Below are positions 27,525-37,059 of a stretch of DNA of 64,000 bases, piece by piece. How positions within the stretch are numbered: position 1 is the first letter of the stretch; the number at the start of each line of letters is the position of its first letter. Location of the stretch: NCBI GenBank assembly GCA_023664365.1, contig JAMPFR010000011.1, positions 2,922 to 66,921 of the forward strand, read 5' to 3'. The notes under the pieces are model-generated. The model was not told the origin of the DNA. It saw nothing but the letters and a program-made list of their open reading frames with translations, and ran no database searches. This DNA comes from Acetatifactor muris (GTDB taxonomy: Bacteria; Bacillota; Clostridia; Lachnospirales; Lachnospiraceae). A program made the position numbers and the translations under genes.

Positions 27525-29111
27525 ATGAAAAAGAAGTTAGTAAAATTTCTTGCTGCGGGCTTAGCCCTGACCATGACAATAGGTCTGGCAGCCTGTGGCA
27601 ACAATGACGCAGGATCAAATGGGGGGGGTGCTGACGGTAACGGCACCGGTACGGATCTCAGTTCCCTGGCAGGCACCTACGACATCACGGTATGGGTGTC
27701 CGAGTCAGACGGAATCGCTGAGCTCACCCAGAAGCAGATTAAAAGATTCTGCGATGAAAACTCCGGCATTGTAATCAATGCCACGGTAGAAGGCATTTCC
27801 GAATCAAACTCTGCGTCCAACATGGTGACGGATGTGGAGAGCGGAGCGGACATTTACTGTTTCGCACAGGATCAGCTGAACCGTCTGGTAGAAGCGGGCG
27901 CGCTGAACAAGCTGGGGGAGAAGACAGCGGAGACTATCAGAGCATTGGATACAGATGTGGCTGTTAAAGCAGCATCCGTGGGCAATGAGTTGTACTGCTA
28001 TCCCCTGACCGCAGACAACGGATATTTTATGTACTATGACAAGAGCGTTGTAAAAGAAGAGCATCTGGGAAGCCTGGAAGACATTATCGCTGACTGCGAA
28101 GCGGCGGGAAGAATGTTCTCCATGGAAACCGAGACCAGCGCATGGTATGTGGCGTCCTTCTTCTTTGCAACAGGCTGTAAGTCCGACTGGACGGCCAATA
28201 CAACCGGTTCCTTTACCAGTATCGACGATACCTTCAACAGCCCTGAGGGCCTGATTGCCATGAAGGGTATGGAGAAGCTGGTAAAGTCTCCCATGTATCT
28301 GTCTTCTTCAAATACTGCTGACTTTGCGGCGGCAACGCCTTCAGCAGTGGTTATCTGCGGTACCTGGGGGTCAAAGGATGCCCAGGCAGCCCTTGGCGAC
28401 AATTACGGTGTTGCCGAAATGCCTTCCTTTACCGTTGACGGTCAGACCTACCATATGGGTTCCTATTCAGGCTGTAAGCTGATGGGCGTTAAGCCTCAGG
28501 CGGACGCTGCCAAGGGCGCTGTTCTGCAGCAGCTGGCACTTTACTTAACCAACGCCGAGTGCTCTCTGGAGAGATATGAAGTGCAGGGCTGGGGTCCCGC
28601 AAACAAGGAAGCGCTGGAGAACGAGAAGGTGCAGGCTGACGAAGCCCTGATCGCATTTAACGCACAGGCTCCTTACTCTGTTTCCCAGGGCAACATCCAC
28701 GGTTCCTGGTGGGATATTGCAAAGCTGCTGGGCACCGAGGCAAAGAATGCCAACACCGACGCTGATCTGCAGGCGGCTCTGGACGCCTATGACGTTTCCA
28801 TCGATGCGCTGTTCCAGATGTCTGAGGAAGAGATGAACGCATTCTCCCTGATCGGCGCATTTGGCGGATATAACTGGGATACCGACGTTGCAATGACCGA
28901 GGATCCCGCAGGCACCTGGACCGCAGAGCAGGAGTTCAAGGCAGGCGACGAGTTCAAGGTTCGCCAGGGCGCAAGCTGGGATGTGAACTTCGGTAAGGAC
29001 GGCGCCGCAGGCGGAGACAATATTGTGATTGAAGCCGACGGGACATACGTTGTGACACTGGTTTACGACAGTGCCGCAGGAACCGCTACTCTTACCGTGG
29101 AAGCTAAGTAA
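27525..29111 (+). CDS. ABC transporter sugar (maltodextrin-type) binding lipoprotein with an extra C-terminal domain of about 95 aa
   Basis: Lipobox LAACGN. MalE-like body. The C-terminal segment reads IGAFGGYNWDTDVAMTEDPAGTWTAEQEFKAGDEFKVRQGASWDVNFG. Confidence 0.85.
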   Translation: MKKKLVKFLAAGLALTMTIGLAACGNNDAGSNGGGADGNGTGTDLSSLAGTYDITVWVSESDGIAELTQKQIKRFCDENSGIVINATVEGISESNSASNMVTDVESGADIYCFAQDQLNRLVEAGALNKLGEKTAETIRALDTDVAVKAASVGNELYCYPLTADNGYFMYYDKSVVKEEHLGSLEDIIADCEAAGRMFSMETETSAWYVASFFFATGCKSDWTANTTGSFTSIDDTFNSPEGLIAMKGMEKLVKSPMYLSSSNTADFAAATPSAVVICGTWGSKDAQAALGDNYGVAEMPSFTVDGQTYHMGSYSGCKLMGVKPQADAAKGAVLQQLALYLTNAECSLERYEVQGWGPANKEALENEKVQADEALIAFNAQAPYSVSQGNIHGSWWDIAKLLGTEAKNANTDADLQAALDAYDVSIDALFQMSEEEMNAFSLIGAFGGYNWDTDVAMTEDPAGTWTAEQEFKAGDEFKVRQGASWDVNFGKDGAAGGDNIVIEADGTYVVTLVYDSAAGTATLTVEAK

Positions 29112-29142
29112 TCTCACCGTTGTGGCTTCGGTATGAAGGAAC

Positions 29143-29180
29143 AAAAGCCACCCTGGCGGTAACAGCCCGGGTGGCTTTTT
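29143..29180 (+). terminator. Intra-operon stem-loop/terminator after the binding-protein gene
   Basis: AAAAGCCACCC-N15-GGGTGGCTTTT, ending in a five-T run. Confidence 0.65.
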
Positions 29181-29193
29181 ACAAAAAATATGG

Positions 29194-30729
29194 ATGAGGC
29201 AGATGATTATGGAAAAACTCTCATGGATTGATTATCAGGGTCTGGGAACCTTCCAGCGAATTTTATATAATATCCGTCGATTCCTTGCAGCGATACCTGC
29301 TTTTTTTGTCAGAATCGGCAAGGCCATCGGACGCGGTGCAAAGGCGGCTGCATTTGCAGTGGGCAGAGAACTCAAGGATGTAGTTATGACCTTGATTACA
29401 GGGTCATGGAGAACCAAACTATCTTACCTTATTATGGGCTTCGGCAATCTGACGTGCGGACAGATCGTGCGGGGCGCGGCTTTTTTGCTGTTTGAAATCG
29501 TATTTATCCTGTATACCGTGACAACCGGCGCAGGTTGGATGAGCAAGCTGGGCACCCTGGGGGATGTTCAGGCAGGCGAGGTGTATGACGCCATACTGGA
29601 CACTTACGTCCGGGTAGGCGGAGACGATTCCTTCAAGATTCTCCTGTACGGCGGGCTTTCGGTGGTGTTCTGTATTGCCGCGGTGATCGTCTGGAGGATG
29701 AGCATCCGGCAGAGCAAGGAAAACGACGAACTGATTAAGAGCGGGAAGCGTCCTCAGAAGTTTAAGGAGGATATTCATGATCTGGTGGACGCCAAATTCC
29801 ACAAGACGCTGCTTGCGGTGCCGCTGCTTGGAATTCTTTTATTTACGGTGCTTCCCATTGTGTTCATGATCGTGGTCGCATTTACCAACTACGACGGCGC
29901 CCATGACGGCTTCAGCAACCTGTTCACCTGGGTGGGCTGGAAGAACTTTGCGGAGCTGTTTAATACCACGCAAAGCAATCTGAACTATGCGTTTAAGCAT
30001 ATCCTCGGCTGGACCCTTACCTGGGCGTTCTTTGCTACCTTCTCCAATTATTTCCTTGGGATCGTAGTAGCGCTTCTTATCAATAAGAAGGGGATTAAAT
30101 TCAAGAAGATGTGGCGCGGCATCCTGGTAATGACAAGCGCGGTGCCTCAGTTTATCTCCCTGCTGTATATGTCAAAGCTTTTTGCGAAGAACGGTCTGAT
30201 CAGCAGTTTTCTCGTGAATATGGGAATCCTCAGCGCTCCCTTTGACTTCTGGGGAAACGCGACCTCGGCGCGGATACTTGTTATTCTGATTAACGTCTGG
30301 ATCGGTATTCCTTACCTGATGTTGATTGCCACCGGTATCCTGATGAACATTCCGGAGGATCTGTATGAATCCGCAAAGATCGACGGCGCAAATGCCGTAC
30401 AGCAGTTTGTGAAGATCACTCTTCCCTACATGCTGTTCATCACAGGTCCCTACCTGCTGACAAGCTTTATCGGCAATATCAACAACTTTAACGTGATTTT
30501 CCTGCTGACAGGCGGAGCAGCCTCCAATCCCAAGCTTACGGTGGGCGGAACATCGGCCACGGACACGGATTTGCTGATTACCTGGCTGTATAAGATCACC
30601 ACCGGTGCGGACAGCAACTATAAGCTGGCTTCCGTGGTGGGTATCTTAATATTCATTGTGGTTGCAGGCTTGTCGCTGATTGTATACAATGTACTGCCGT
30701 CAAATAAGAATGAGGAGGATTTCCAATAA
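29194..30729 (+). CDS. Sugar ABC transporter permease (MalF-like)
   Basis: Multiple TM helices and the EAA-type loop (YESAKIDGANAVQQFVKITLP). Confidence 0.88.
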   Translation: MRQMIMEKLSWIDYQGLGTFQRILYNIRRFLAAIPAFFVRIGKAIGRGAKAAAFAVGRELKDVVMTLITGSWRTKLSYLIMGFGNLTCGQIVRGAAFLLFEIVFILYTVTTGAGWMSKLGTLGDVQAGEVYDAILDTYVRVGGDDSFKILLYGGLSVVFCIAAVIVWRMSIRQSKENDELIKSGKRPQKFKEDIHDLVDAKFHKTLLAVPLLGILLFTVLPIVFMIVVAFTNYDGAHDGFSNLFTWVGWKNFAELFNTTQSNLNYAFKHILGWTLTWAFFATFSNYFLGIVVALLINKKGIKFKKMWRGILVMTSAVPQFISLLYMSKLFAKNGLISSFLVNMGILSAPFDFWGNATSARILVILINVWIGIPYLMLIATGILMNIPEDLYESAKIDGANAVQQFVKITLPYMLFITGPYLLTSFIGNINNFNVIFLLTGGAASNPKLTVGGTSATDTDLLITWLYKITTGADSNYKLASVVGILIFIVVAGLSLIVYNVLPSNKNEEDFQ

Positions 30730-31610
30730 TGAGTGAGAAAACTTCCAAAAAATATAAAAGCTTAAAGAAAAAGACCATGGTGGGCAACATCGTCACCTAT
30801 ATTATTCTGACGTTGATTTCCGTGGTCTGGCTGATCCCCTTCGTTATGATCGTGCTGGAGTCCTTCCGGGGTGAGACTACCATGCAGGTGGGCTATGTAT
30901 TCCCCAAGGAGTGGAGCCTGAAGAACTATACTGCGCTTTTCACCTCCTCGGAGATAAAATACCCCAGGTGGTATTTAAACACCCTGATTATCGCCGTTGC
31001 AGTGGCAGTCATTCAGCCCATTATGGTACTTTGCGTGAGTTATACCTTATCCAGGACCAGGTTTGCCTCCAGAAAGCTGCTGATGAACGCCATGCTTGTC
31101 ATCGGTATGTTCCCGGGCTTCCTGTCCATGATTATTATGTATAAGGTGTTGAGCGGTATGGGGCTGACCGGAACCGGCGCTATCTGGGGACTGATTCTTG
31201 TATACACCGCCAGCTCCGGCATGGGATATTATGTATCCAAGGGCTTCTTTGATACGGTGCCCAAATCTCTGGACGAGGCGGCCAGGGTGGACGGGGCTAC
31301 AAGGGCGCGGGTGCTGTTTTCCATTATCATTCCCATGTCAAAGCCCATTATCATTTATACTATCTTAACGGCGTTCATGGCTCCCTGGGGAGATTTCATG
31401 TTTGCCAGCTATATTGCCCATAATACCAGCGACGGCATGAACGTGGCGGTAGGTTTGAATAACATGATTGGCAGTGCTACCAGCCTGTCGGCTCACTACA
31501 CGCAGTTCTGTGCAGGCGGCGTTCTGGTTGCCATTCCCATTACGATTCTGTTCATGTGCCTCCAGAAATACTATGTGGAAGGCGTAACAGGCGGCGCCGT
31601 AAAGGGATAA
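30729..31610 (+). CDS. Sugar ABC transporter permease (MalG-like)
   Basis: TM helices and the EAA loop (LDEAARVDGATRARVLFSIIIP). The start abuts the upstream stop. Confidence 0.88.
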   Translation: MSEKTSKKYKSLKKKTMVGNIVTYIILTLISVVWLIPFVMIVLESFRGETTMQVGYVFPKEWSLKNYTALFTSSEIKYPRWYLNTLIIAVAVAVIQPIMVLCVSYTLSRTRFASRKLLMNAMLVIGMFPGFLSMIIMYKVLSGMGLTGTGAIWGLILVYTASSGMGYYVSKGFFDTVPKSLDEAARVDGATRARVLFSIIIPMSKPIIIYTILTAFMAPWGDFMFASYIAHNTSDGMNVAVGLNNMIGSATSLSAHYTQFCAGGVLVAIPITILFMCLQKYYVEGVTGGAVKG

Positions 31611-31636
31611 AAGCCGTAAAGGATAAAGCTTTGCGT

Positions 31637-31662
31637 AAAAAGGGCGCTTCGGCGTCCTTTTT
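31637..31662 (+). terminator. Rho-independent terminator after the ABC permease genes
   Basis: AAAAAGGGCGC-ttcg-GCGTCCTTTTT. Confidence 0.7.
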
Positions 31663-31740
31663 GCATATGAAAAAAACCATTGAAGAAAACAGGCTCTTGT
31701 GGTAAAGTAAAGAAAGGAAATCAAAGGAGTCTTGAGGTCA

Positions 31741-32415
31741 ATGGAACGGTATAAAGAGGAGTTTATCGGGTTTATGGTGGACAGCCGGGCTCTGAAGTTT
31801 GGTGAGTTTACCTTAAAAAGCGGCAGGAAATCGCCCTTTTTCATGAACGCGGGAGCCTATGTGACAGGCACGCAGCTGCGAAAGCTGGGGGAATATTACG
31901 CCAGGGCTATCCACGAAAATTACGGGGACGATTTTGATGTACTGTTTGGTCCGGCATACAAGGGCATACCCTTAAGCGTGACGACAGCCATTGCATACAG
32001 CAATCTGTACGGCCGGGAGGTGCGCTACTGCTCCAACCGAAAGGAGGAAAAGGATCACGGCGACGGAGGGATTCTTCTGGGCAGCAGTCTTGAAAGCGGA
32101 GACAGGGTGGTTATGATTGAAGACGTCACCACCTCGGGAAAGTCCGTTGAAGAGACGTATCCCATTATCAAGGCCCGGGGGAATGTGGAAATCAAAGGAC
32201 TGATGGTATCCTTAAACCGCATGGAAAAGGGACTGGGCGGACAGCTGAGCGCGCTGGAGGAGATAAAGCAGAAATACGGCTTTGAGGCACACGCCATTGT
32301 AAATATGCAGGAGGTTGTGGAGTATCTGCACAACAGACCGTACAAAGGGCAAAACTATATTGATGATTCGATAAAGGCGGCGATTGATAAATATTATGAA
32401 GCATATGGTGCATAG
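31741..32415 (+). CDS. pyrE: Orotate phosphoribosyltransferase
   Basis: LKFGEFTLKSGRKSPFFMN and the PRPP-binding motif VVMIEDVTTSGKS. Confidence 0.9.
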   Translation: MERYKEEFIGFMVDSRALKFGEFTLKSGRKSPFFMNAGAYVTGTQLRKLGEYYARAIHENYGDDFDVLFGPAYKGIPLSVTTAIAYSNLYGREVRYCSNRKEEKDHGDGGILLGSSLESGDRVVMIEDVTTSGKSVEETYPIIKARGNVEIKGLMVSLNRMEKGLGGQLSALEEIKQKYGFEAHAIVNMQEVVEYLHNRPYKGQNYIDDSIKAAIDKYYEAYGA

Positions 32416-32482
32416 TGAAGAGTTGAGCGAACAAAATGACATTCTGACCACAGGTGAAAAGAAAACCGAAAGGAGCACAGTT

Positions 32483-32635
32483 ATGGAACAGAAGGTTTAT
32501 AAGACCATGAAGTTAGCCGGAGCCACAAATATTGCCATAGGAGTTATCTCCCTTGTGGTGGGGGTTGTGACGGGGATTCTGCTGCTTGTGACCGGCGGCA
32601 GGCTGCTTGCCCGCAAGTCAAATATATTATTTTAA
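32483..32635 (+). CDS. Small membrane protein (50 aa)
   Basis: RBS AAAGGAG. One long hydrophobic segment (ATNIAIGVISLVVGVVTGILLLVTGG). Confidence 0.5.
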   Translation: MEQKVYKTMKLAGATNIAIGVISLVVGVVTGILLLVTGGRLLARKSNILF

Positions 32636-32649
32636 ATAGGAGCAGCTGC

Positions 32650-32700
32650 GGGGCATTTCCTGCGAGGTGGACAACTCGCCCGGAAGTGCCCCTTTAGAGT
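32650..32700 (+). terminator. Long stem-loop followed by a T-rich tract
   Basis: GGGGCATTTCCTGCGAG-gtggacaa-CTCGCCCGGAAGTGCCCC then TTTAGAGTTTT. Confidence 0.55.
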
Positions 32701-32703
32701 TTT

Positions 32704-33024
32704 ATGAGTAAAAGAAAAGGCTATATTTTTACAAATAAAAGACATTCCAACAGGGGGATTATGTCCGTCATTTTGGGCATTATCAGCCTTGCGGCCCTGG
32801 TGGCGGCAGTGTTCCTGTCCTACTTAAGCGGCGGGGAGTCTGTCGCGAAATACGGTTTTACGGGAGTGCTGGCCATGGTATTTTCTCTGGTGGGAGTGGT
32901 GTTGGGATTGCTGACGGCCTGCGACAAAAGCTATTACAGATTTTTTCCCGTGTTGGGAGTGATACTGAATCTGGTGGACTTAGGCGGCGTCAGCCTGATT
33001 TTGTATGCAGGGGTAAACCTTTGA
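32704..33024 (+). CDS. Small integral membrane protein (106 aa)
   Basis: Three predicted TM helices. No recognised motif. Confidence 0.65.
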   Translation: MSKRKGYIFTNKRHSNRGIMSVILGIISLAALVAAVFLSYLSGGESVAKYGFTGVLAMVFSLVGVVLGLLTACDKSYYRFFPVLGVILNLVDLGGVSLILYAGVNL

Positions 33025-33199
33025 TAACAGTTCAGCCATGAAACGATTCAAGGCATGCGCGTGGGTGCTTGCACACAAAGCGCAGGAATTGAATCGCTTC
33101 ATGAGCGGAGCGCCACGCAAATGAAATAAAAGGTGAGCCGCGAAGCGGCGCCGGATGCGCAGCAGCCGCTTTTATGAATTTGTGTGGGCTGAACTGTTG
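33025..33199. mobile_element. 175-bp nested-palindrome element (copy 2 of the family at 13346-13438)
   Basis: Same termini (T)AACAGTTCAGCC at 33025-33037 and GGCTGAACTGTT at 33187-33198. A conserved 24-nt core matches at 21/24 in inverted orientation. Internal hairpins span 33037-33103 and about 33114-33186. Confidence 0.65.
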
Positions 33200-33237
33200 C
33201 ACACGGAGCGTATGATACAGGAAAGGCAGGATTTTAT

Positions 33238-35283
33238 ATGACGGAGGAATTGACGATTTCACAGGAAATATTGGAGGAGCGCTATAATCTTGCAGTAGAG
33301 CGCATCCGCAGTATTCGTGAGGAGAGCTTTGGCCGGAAAGAGCTGAAGCAGTATTTTGACAGGGCGGCAGCCTTTCTGCTGCTGCTGGATGACACGGGGA
33401 AATTTCTTGCGGGGGGAGGCTTGGAGAAGGCGTCCCTGGAGGAACTGCAAAAGCGGAATCATGCATTGTATGCGGATGTGCTTCCGGATCACTATGAGGA
33501 GAGCTACGGCAATCCCGCCTATGCGGTGCGCAGGCTGGGAAAAGAGTACGGCGGGCTGCTGAGCCACCTGTATTACAGGCTTCGGGGGCTGATTGGAGCC
33601 GTGTATGAGAACCGCAGGGAGGATTTGACGATAGGGCTGGAATTGTTCCTGGAGGTATATACGGCCTTTACCTACGCGGAAGCGGAGGGAGGCGGCCTTC
33701 CCGATCCGGCGGAAATCCGGGACATTCTGTACTGGCATGTCAGCGACAATGCGGACAGGGACGAGGAAAATTGGGTTCGGAATTCGGTGAGCCCGGAGAA
33801 TCGTTTCTGTACGGATATTGTCATGCACAGCGATTTAAGCGATGTGAGATACCTGTATGCCTACGGGAAATATGTCAGTGAAAACGAACTGGAGATGGCA
33901 AGATACATGGCGTCTCTTCCGGAGGAGACCATTGCCACCATGGCGGACACCTATACGGAGGGCTATCGCATCGGCTTTGAGGTGACGGGTAAGGATCTGT
34001 CAAAGAAAAAGGCGGCGGGCGTCTACTACCATATGGGCTTCGAGCGGATGATCCGCCGGGCAGTGGAGAACCTGGCAAAGCTGAACCTGAAGCCGGTCAT
34101 CAGCTCAGGCGTGGTGGAAGGGGGTACGGTGAACAGGCAGTACGGCTACGACCACAGGGATGACAACAGCCTGTTCCTGGACAGACGTTATGTGAACCGC
34201 AGGCTGGAAGCGCTGCATACGGGCTTTGAAAAGTATAAAGCGGCGGCAGGGGATTATGCCGGGCCCGCCGTGGTGGAGACCTTTGGAGAGGCGGATTTTA
34301 ATCCGGTGAACAAGGCGGAGAACCTGAAACTGGATGAGGAGCAGAATAAGCTGTGGGTGGAGTTCCGAACGAAACTTAACGAGCTGAAACGGCAGTATAT
34401 CATTGAGGAGGAGCGGAGCTTTACCATCATTTCTTTTCCTGTGCCGGAGGTGGGGCCTGTATTCCGGGAGCTGTTTGACGAGACCGTCCGGCTGAACACC
34501 CTGGATTATATGCTTTACCGGAACGTCCAGCAGAAGCTGATTGACGCTCTGGATACGGCGGATTACTGCGAGGTAAAGGGCTGCGGGGACAACAGGACCG
34601 ATCTGAAGGTAAATTTGTGGAAGCTTCAAAATCCTGAAAAGGAAACTATTTTTGAAAACTGTGTGGCGGACGTGAATATCCCCGTGGGCGAGGTGTTTAC
34701 CTCCCCTGTGCTGGAAGGGACGGAAGGTACGCTCCATGTGACTAGGGTGTTTTTAAACGGCCTGGAGTACAGGGATCTGTGTCTGACATTTGAAGACGGC
34801 ATGATTCGGGATTACACCTGCGGCAATTTTGAAACGGAAGAGGAAAACAGAAGCTTTGTCAAGGAGAACATCCTGTTCCGTCACGAAACCCTTCCCATCG
34901 GAGAGTTTGCCATCGGCACCAATACCACAGCCTATGTGATGGCGAGAAGGCTGGGAGTGGAGGCCAAGCTGCCGATTCTGATTGCGGAGAAGACAGGCCC
35001 TCATTTTGCAGTGGGAGATACCTGCTACGAAGGGACGGAGGATGTGCGGGTGTATAATCCTGACGGCAAAGAAATTGTGGCAAAGGAGAATTCCAGATCC
35101 GCCCGGCGGAAGGAAAATCCGGAGGAAGCTTATTTTAACTGCCATACGGACATTACCATTCCTTATGACGAGCTGGGGGAGCTGACTGCGGTGCGGAAAG
35201 ACGGCGTCAGGATTCCCATTATCAGGGACGGCAGATTTGTGCTGGCCGGAACGGAGCTCCTGAACGAGGCTTTTGAGAAATAA
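33238..35283 (+). CDS. M29-family (aminopeptidase T/S-like) metallopeptidase with a long N-terminal extension
   Basis: C-terminal blocks NIPVGEVFTSPV...GEFAIGTN...GPHFAVGD resemble thermophilic aminopeptidase M29 motifs. The N-terminal 300 aa or so are unassigned. Confidence 0.7.
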   Translation: MTEELTISQEILEERYNLAVERIRSIREESFGRKELKQYFDRAAAFLLLLDDTGKFLAGGGLEKASLEELQKRNHALYADVLPDHYEESYGNPAYAVRRLGKEYGGLLSHLYYRLRGLIGAVYENRREDLTIGLELFLEVYTAFTYAEAEGGGLPDPAEIRDILYWHVSDNADRDEENWVRNSVSPENRFCTDIVMHSDLSDVRYLYAYGKYVSENELEMARYMASLPEETIATMADTYTEGYRIGFEVTGKDLSKKKAAGVYYHMGFERMIRRAVENLAKLNLKPVISSGVVEGGTVNRQYGYDHRDDNSLFLDRRYVNRRLEALHTGFEKYKAAAGDYAGPAVVETFGEADFNPVNKAENLKLDEEQNKLWVEFRTKLNELKRQYIIEEERSFTIISFPVPEVGPVFRELFDETVRLNTLDYMLYRNVQQKLIDALDTADYCEVKGCGDNRTDLKVNLWKLQNPEKETIFENCVADVNIPVGEVFTSPVLEGTEGTLHVTRVFLNGLEYRDLCLTFEDGMIRDYTCGNFETEEENRSFVKENILFRHETLPIGEFAIGTNTTAYVMARRLGVEAKLPILIAEKTGPHFAVGDTCYEGTEDVRVYNPDGKEIVAKENSRSARRKENPEEAYFNCHTDITIPYDELGELTAVRKDGVRIPIIRDGRFVLAGTELLNEAFEK

Positions 35284-35390
35284 ACAAATTGTGACAACTC
35301 TTAAGTTTTTGTTTTTTCGCCGTTAATGGTTGCGAAAAACTTCTTATTTTAGTAAGATAAAAAGGAATGGAGATTTCAGGAAAGGCGTGA

Positions 35391-35915
35391 ATGCTTATGG
35401 CTAAGGCGGACAACGGGCCTCTTGTGGGCATTGTGATGGGAAGCGATTCCGATTTAAAGGTTATGTCGAAGGCGGCGGAGATGCTGGAGGAGCTGGGCGT
35501 CGATTATGAGATCAGGATTATTTCCGCCCATCGGGAGCCGGATATTCTGATGGACTGGTGCAGGGATGCAGAGAAGCGGGGCGTCCGGGTCATCATTGCG
35601 GGGGCAGGTATGGCAGCCGCTCTGCCGGGCATGTGCGGGGCTCTGTTTGCCCTTCCGGTTATCGGCGTACCTCTTTCCGGCAAAAATCTGGACGGTATGG
35701 ACGCGGTATTTTCCATTCTGCAGATGCCCCCCGGGGTTCCGGTTGCCACGGTAGCCATTGACGGGGCGAAGAATGCGGCCATCCTTGCGGCAAAGATTCT
35801 GGCGGCGTCGGATGAGGAACTGCTGGAGAAGCTGAAAAAATACAGCCGGGAGCAGAAAGAGCAGGTTATGGCAAAGGACGGGAAGCTGCAGCAGGCAGGA
35901 TACAGGGAATATTGA
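35391..35915 (+). CDS. purE: N5-carboxyaminoimidazole ribonucleotide mutase (PurE)
   Basis: VGIVMGSDSDLKVM...ISAHREPD...AGMAAALPGM signature. Confidence 0.92.
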   Translation: MLMAKADNGPLVGIVMGSDSDLKVMSKAAEMLEELGVDYEIRIISAHREPDILMDWCRDAEKRGVRVIIAGAGMAAALPGMCGALFALPVIGVPLSGKNLDGMDAVFSILQMPPGVPVATVAIDGAKNAAILAAKILAASDEELLEKLKKYSREQKEQVMAKDGKLQQAGYREY

Positions 35916-36033
35916 CGGGCAGGCTCTAAGGTAAGGACATACGGTTATTTGTTTTGGAGCGAAAACAAATAGCCTTGATGGCAGATGAGAAATCTCTTTC
36001 GCGACAAGGCGCTCAGAAATGGGGATTAGTGTG

Positions 36034-37059
36034 ATGGATTACAAAAAGGCAGGAGTAGACATAGAAGCGGGATACAGGTCCGTGGAGCTGATGAAGCAAT
36101 ATGTGAAGGAGACCATGCGCCCCGAGGTCATAGGCGGGCTGGGAGGCTTTTCCGGCGCATTTTCCATAGAGGCGGCAAAGGGGATGGAAAAGCCTGTGCT
36201 GCTGTCGGGAACAGACGGCGTGGGCACCAAAATCAAGCTGGCGTTTCTGCTGGATAAGCACGATACGGTGGGTATCGACTGCGTTGCCATGTGCGTCAAC
36301 GACGTTGTCTGCGCAGGAGGGGAACCCCTTTTCTTTCTGGATTACATAGCCTGCGGGAAGAATTATCCCGAGAAGATTGCCGCCATCGTAAAGGGTGTGG
36401 CGGAGGGCTGCAGACAGGCGGGAGCAACCCTGATTGGCGGTGAGACGGCGGAGCATCCCGGACTGATGCCGGAGGAGGAGTATGATCTGGCGGGATTTAC
36501 GGTGGGCATTGTGGATGAGAAGGACTTGATTACCGGCGCAGACATTAAGGCGGGAGACGTGCTGATCGGCATTGCGTCTTCGGGCGTTCATTCCAACGGC
36601 TTTTCGCTGGTTCGCAAGGTGTTTGAGATGACCCGGGAAAGTCTGGACACTTATTATGATGAGCTGGGAGCCACCCTGGGAGAGACGCTGCTTCAGCCTA
36701 CCAGGATTTATGTAAAGGCCATGAAGGCATTAAAGGAAGCGGGCGTTACCGTGAAGGGCTGCAGCCATATTACCGGAGGGGGTTTTTACGAGAACATTCC
36801 CAGAATGCTTCCCGAAGGCATCCGGGCCGTGGTGGAGAAGGACAGCTATCCGGTTCCTGCAATCTTCCGGCTTCTGCAGAAGAAAGGCGAAATTGAGGAA
36901 CAGATGATGTATAATACCTATAACATGGGTCTGGGCATGGTGCTGGCAGTGGATGCGGCGGAGGCAGATAAAGCGTCGGAGACCCTGAAGGCCGCAGGAG
37001 AGACCCCTTACATTGTGGGCCGCTGTGAGGCAGGTGAAAAGGGAGTTGTCATATGCTGA
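36034..37059 (+). CDS. purM: Phosphoribosylformylglycinamidine cyclo-ligase (AIR synthetase)
   Basis: [13 protein letters not shown]...[12 protein letters not shown]...GGETAEHPG blocks. Confidence 0.92.
   Translation: MDYKKAGVDIEAGYRSVELMKQYVKETMRPEVIGGLGGFSGAFSIEAAKGMEKPVLLSGTDGVGTKIKLAFLLDKHDTVGIDCVAMCVNDVVCAGGEPLFFLDYIACGKNYPEKIAAIVKGVAEGCRQAGATLIGGETAEHPGLMPEEEYDLAGFTVGIVDEKDLITGADIKAGDVLIGIASSGVHSNGFSLVRKVFEMTRESLDTYYDELGATLGETLLQPTRIYVKAMKALKEAGVTVKGCSHITGGGFYENIPRMLPEGIRAVVEKDSYPVPAIFRLLQKKGEIEEQMMYNTYNMGLGMVLAVDAAEADKASETLKAAGETPYIVGRCEAGEKGVVIC

Noticed and set aside
35290-35390. Purine or ZTP riboswitch upstream of purE, and a preQ1 riboswitch upstream of queH (63700-63815)
   Set aside because: I looked for the conserved purine-riboswitch core, the ZTP pseudoknot motif and the preQ1 motifs and found no match by eye. 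A covariance-model scan would be needed to be definitive.
35935-35975. 13-bp stem hairpin GGTTATTTGTTTT-ggagcg-AAAACAAATAGCC between purE and purM, as a terminator
   Set aside because: No U-tract follows on either strand, and purM must be expressed downstream. It may be an mRNA processing or stability element, but nothing in the sequence supports a specific call.
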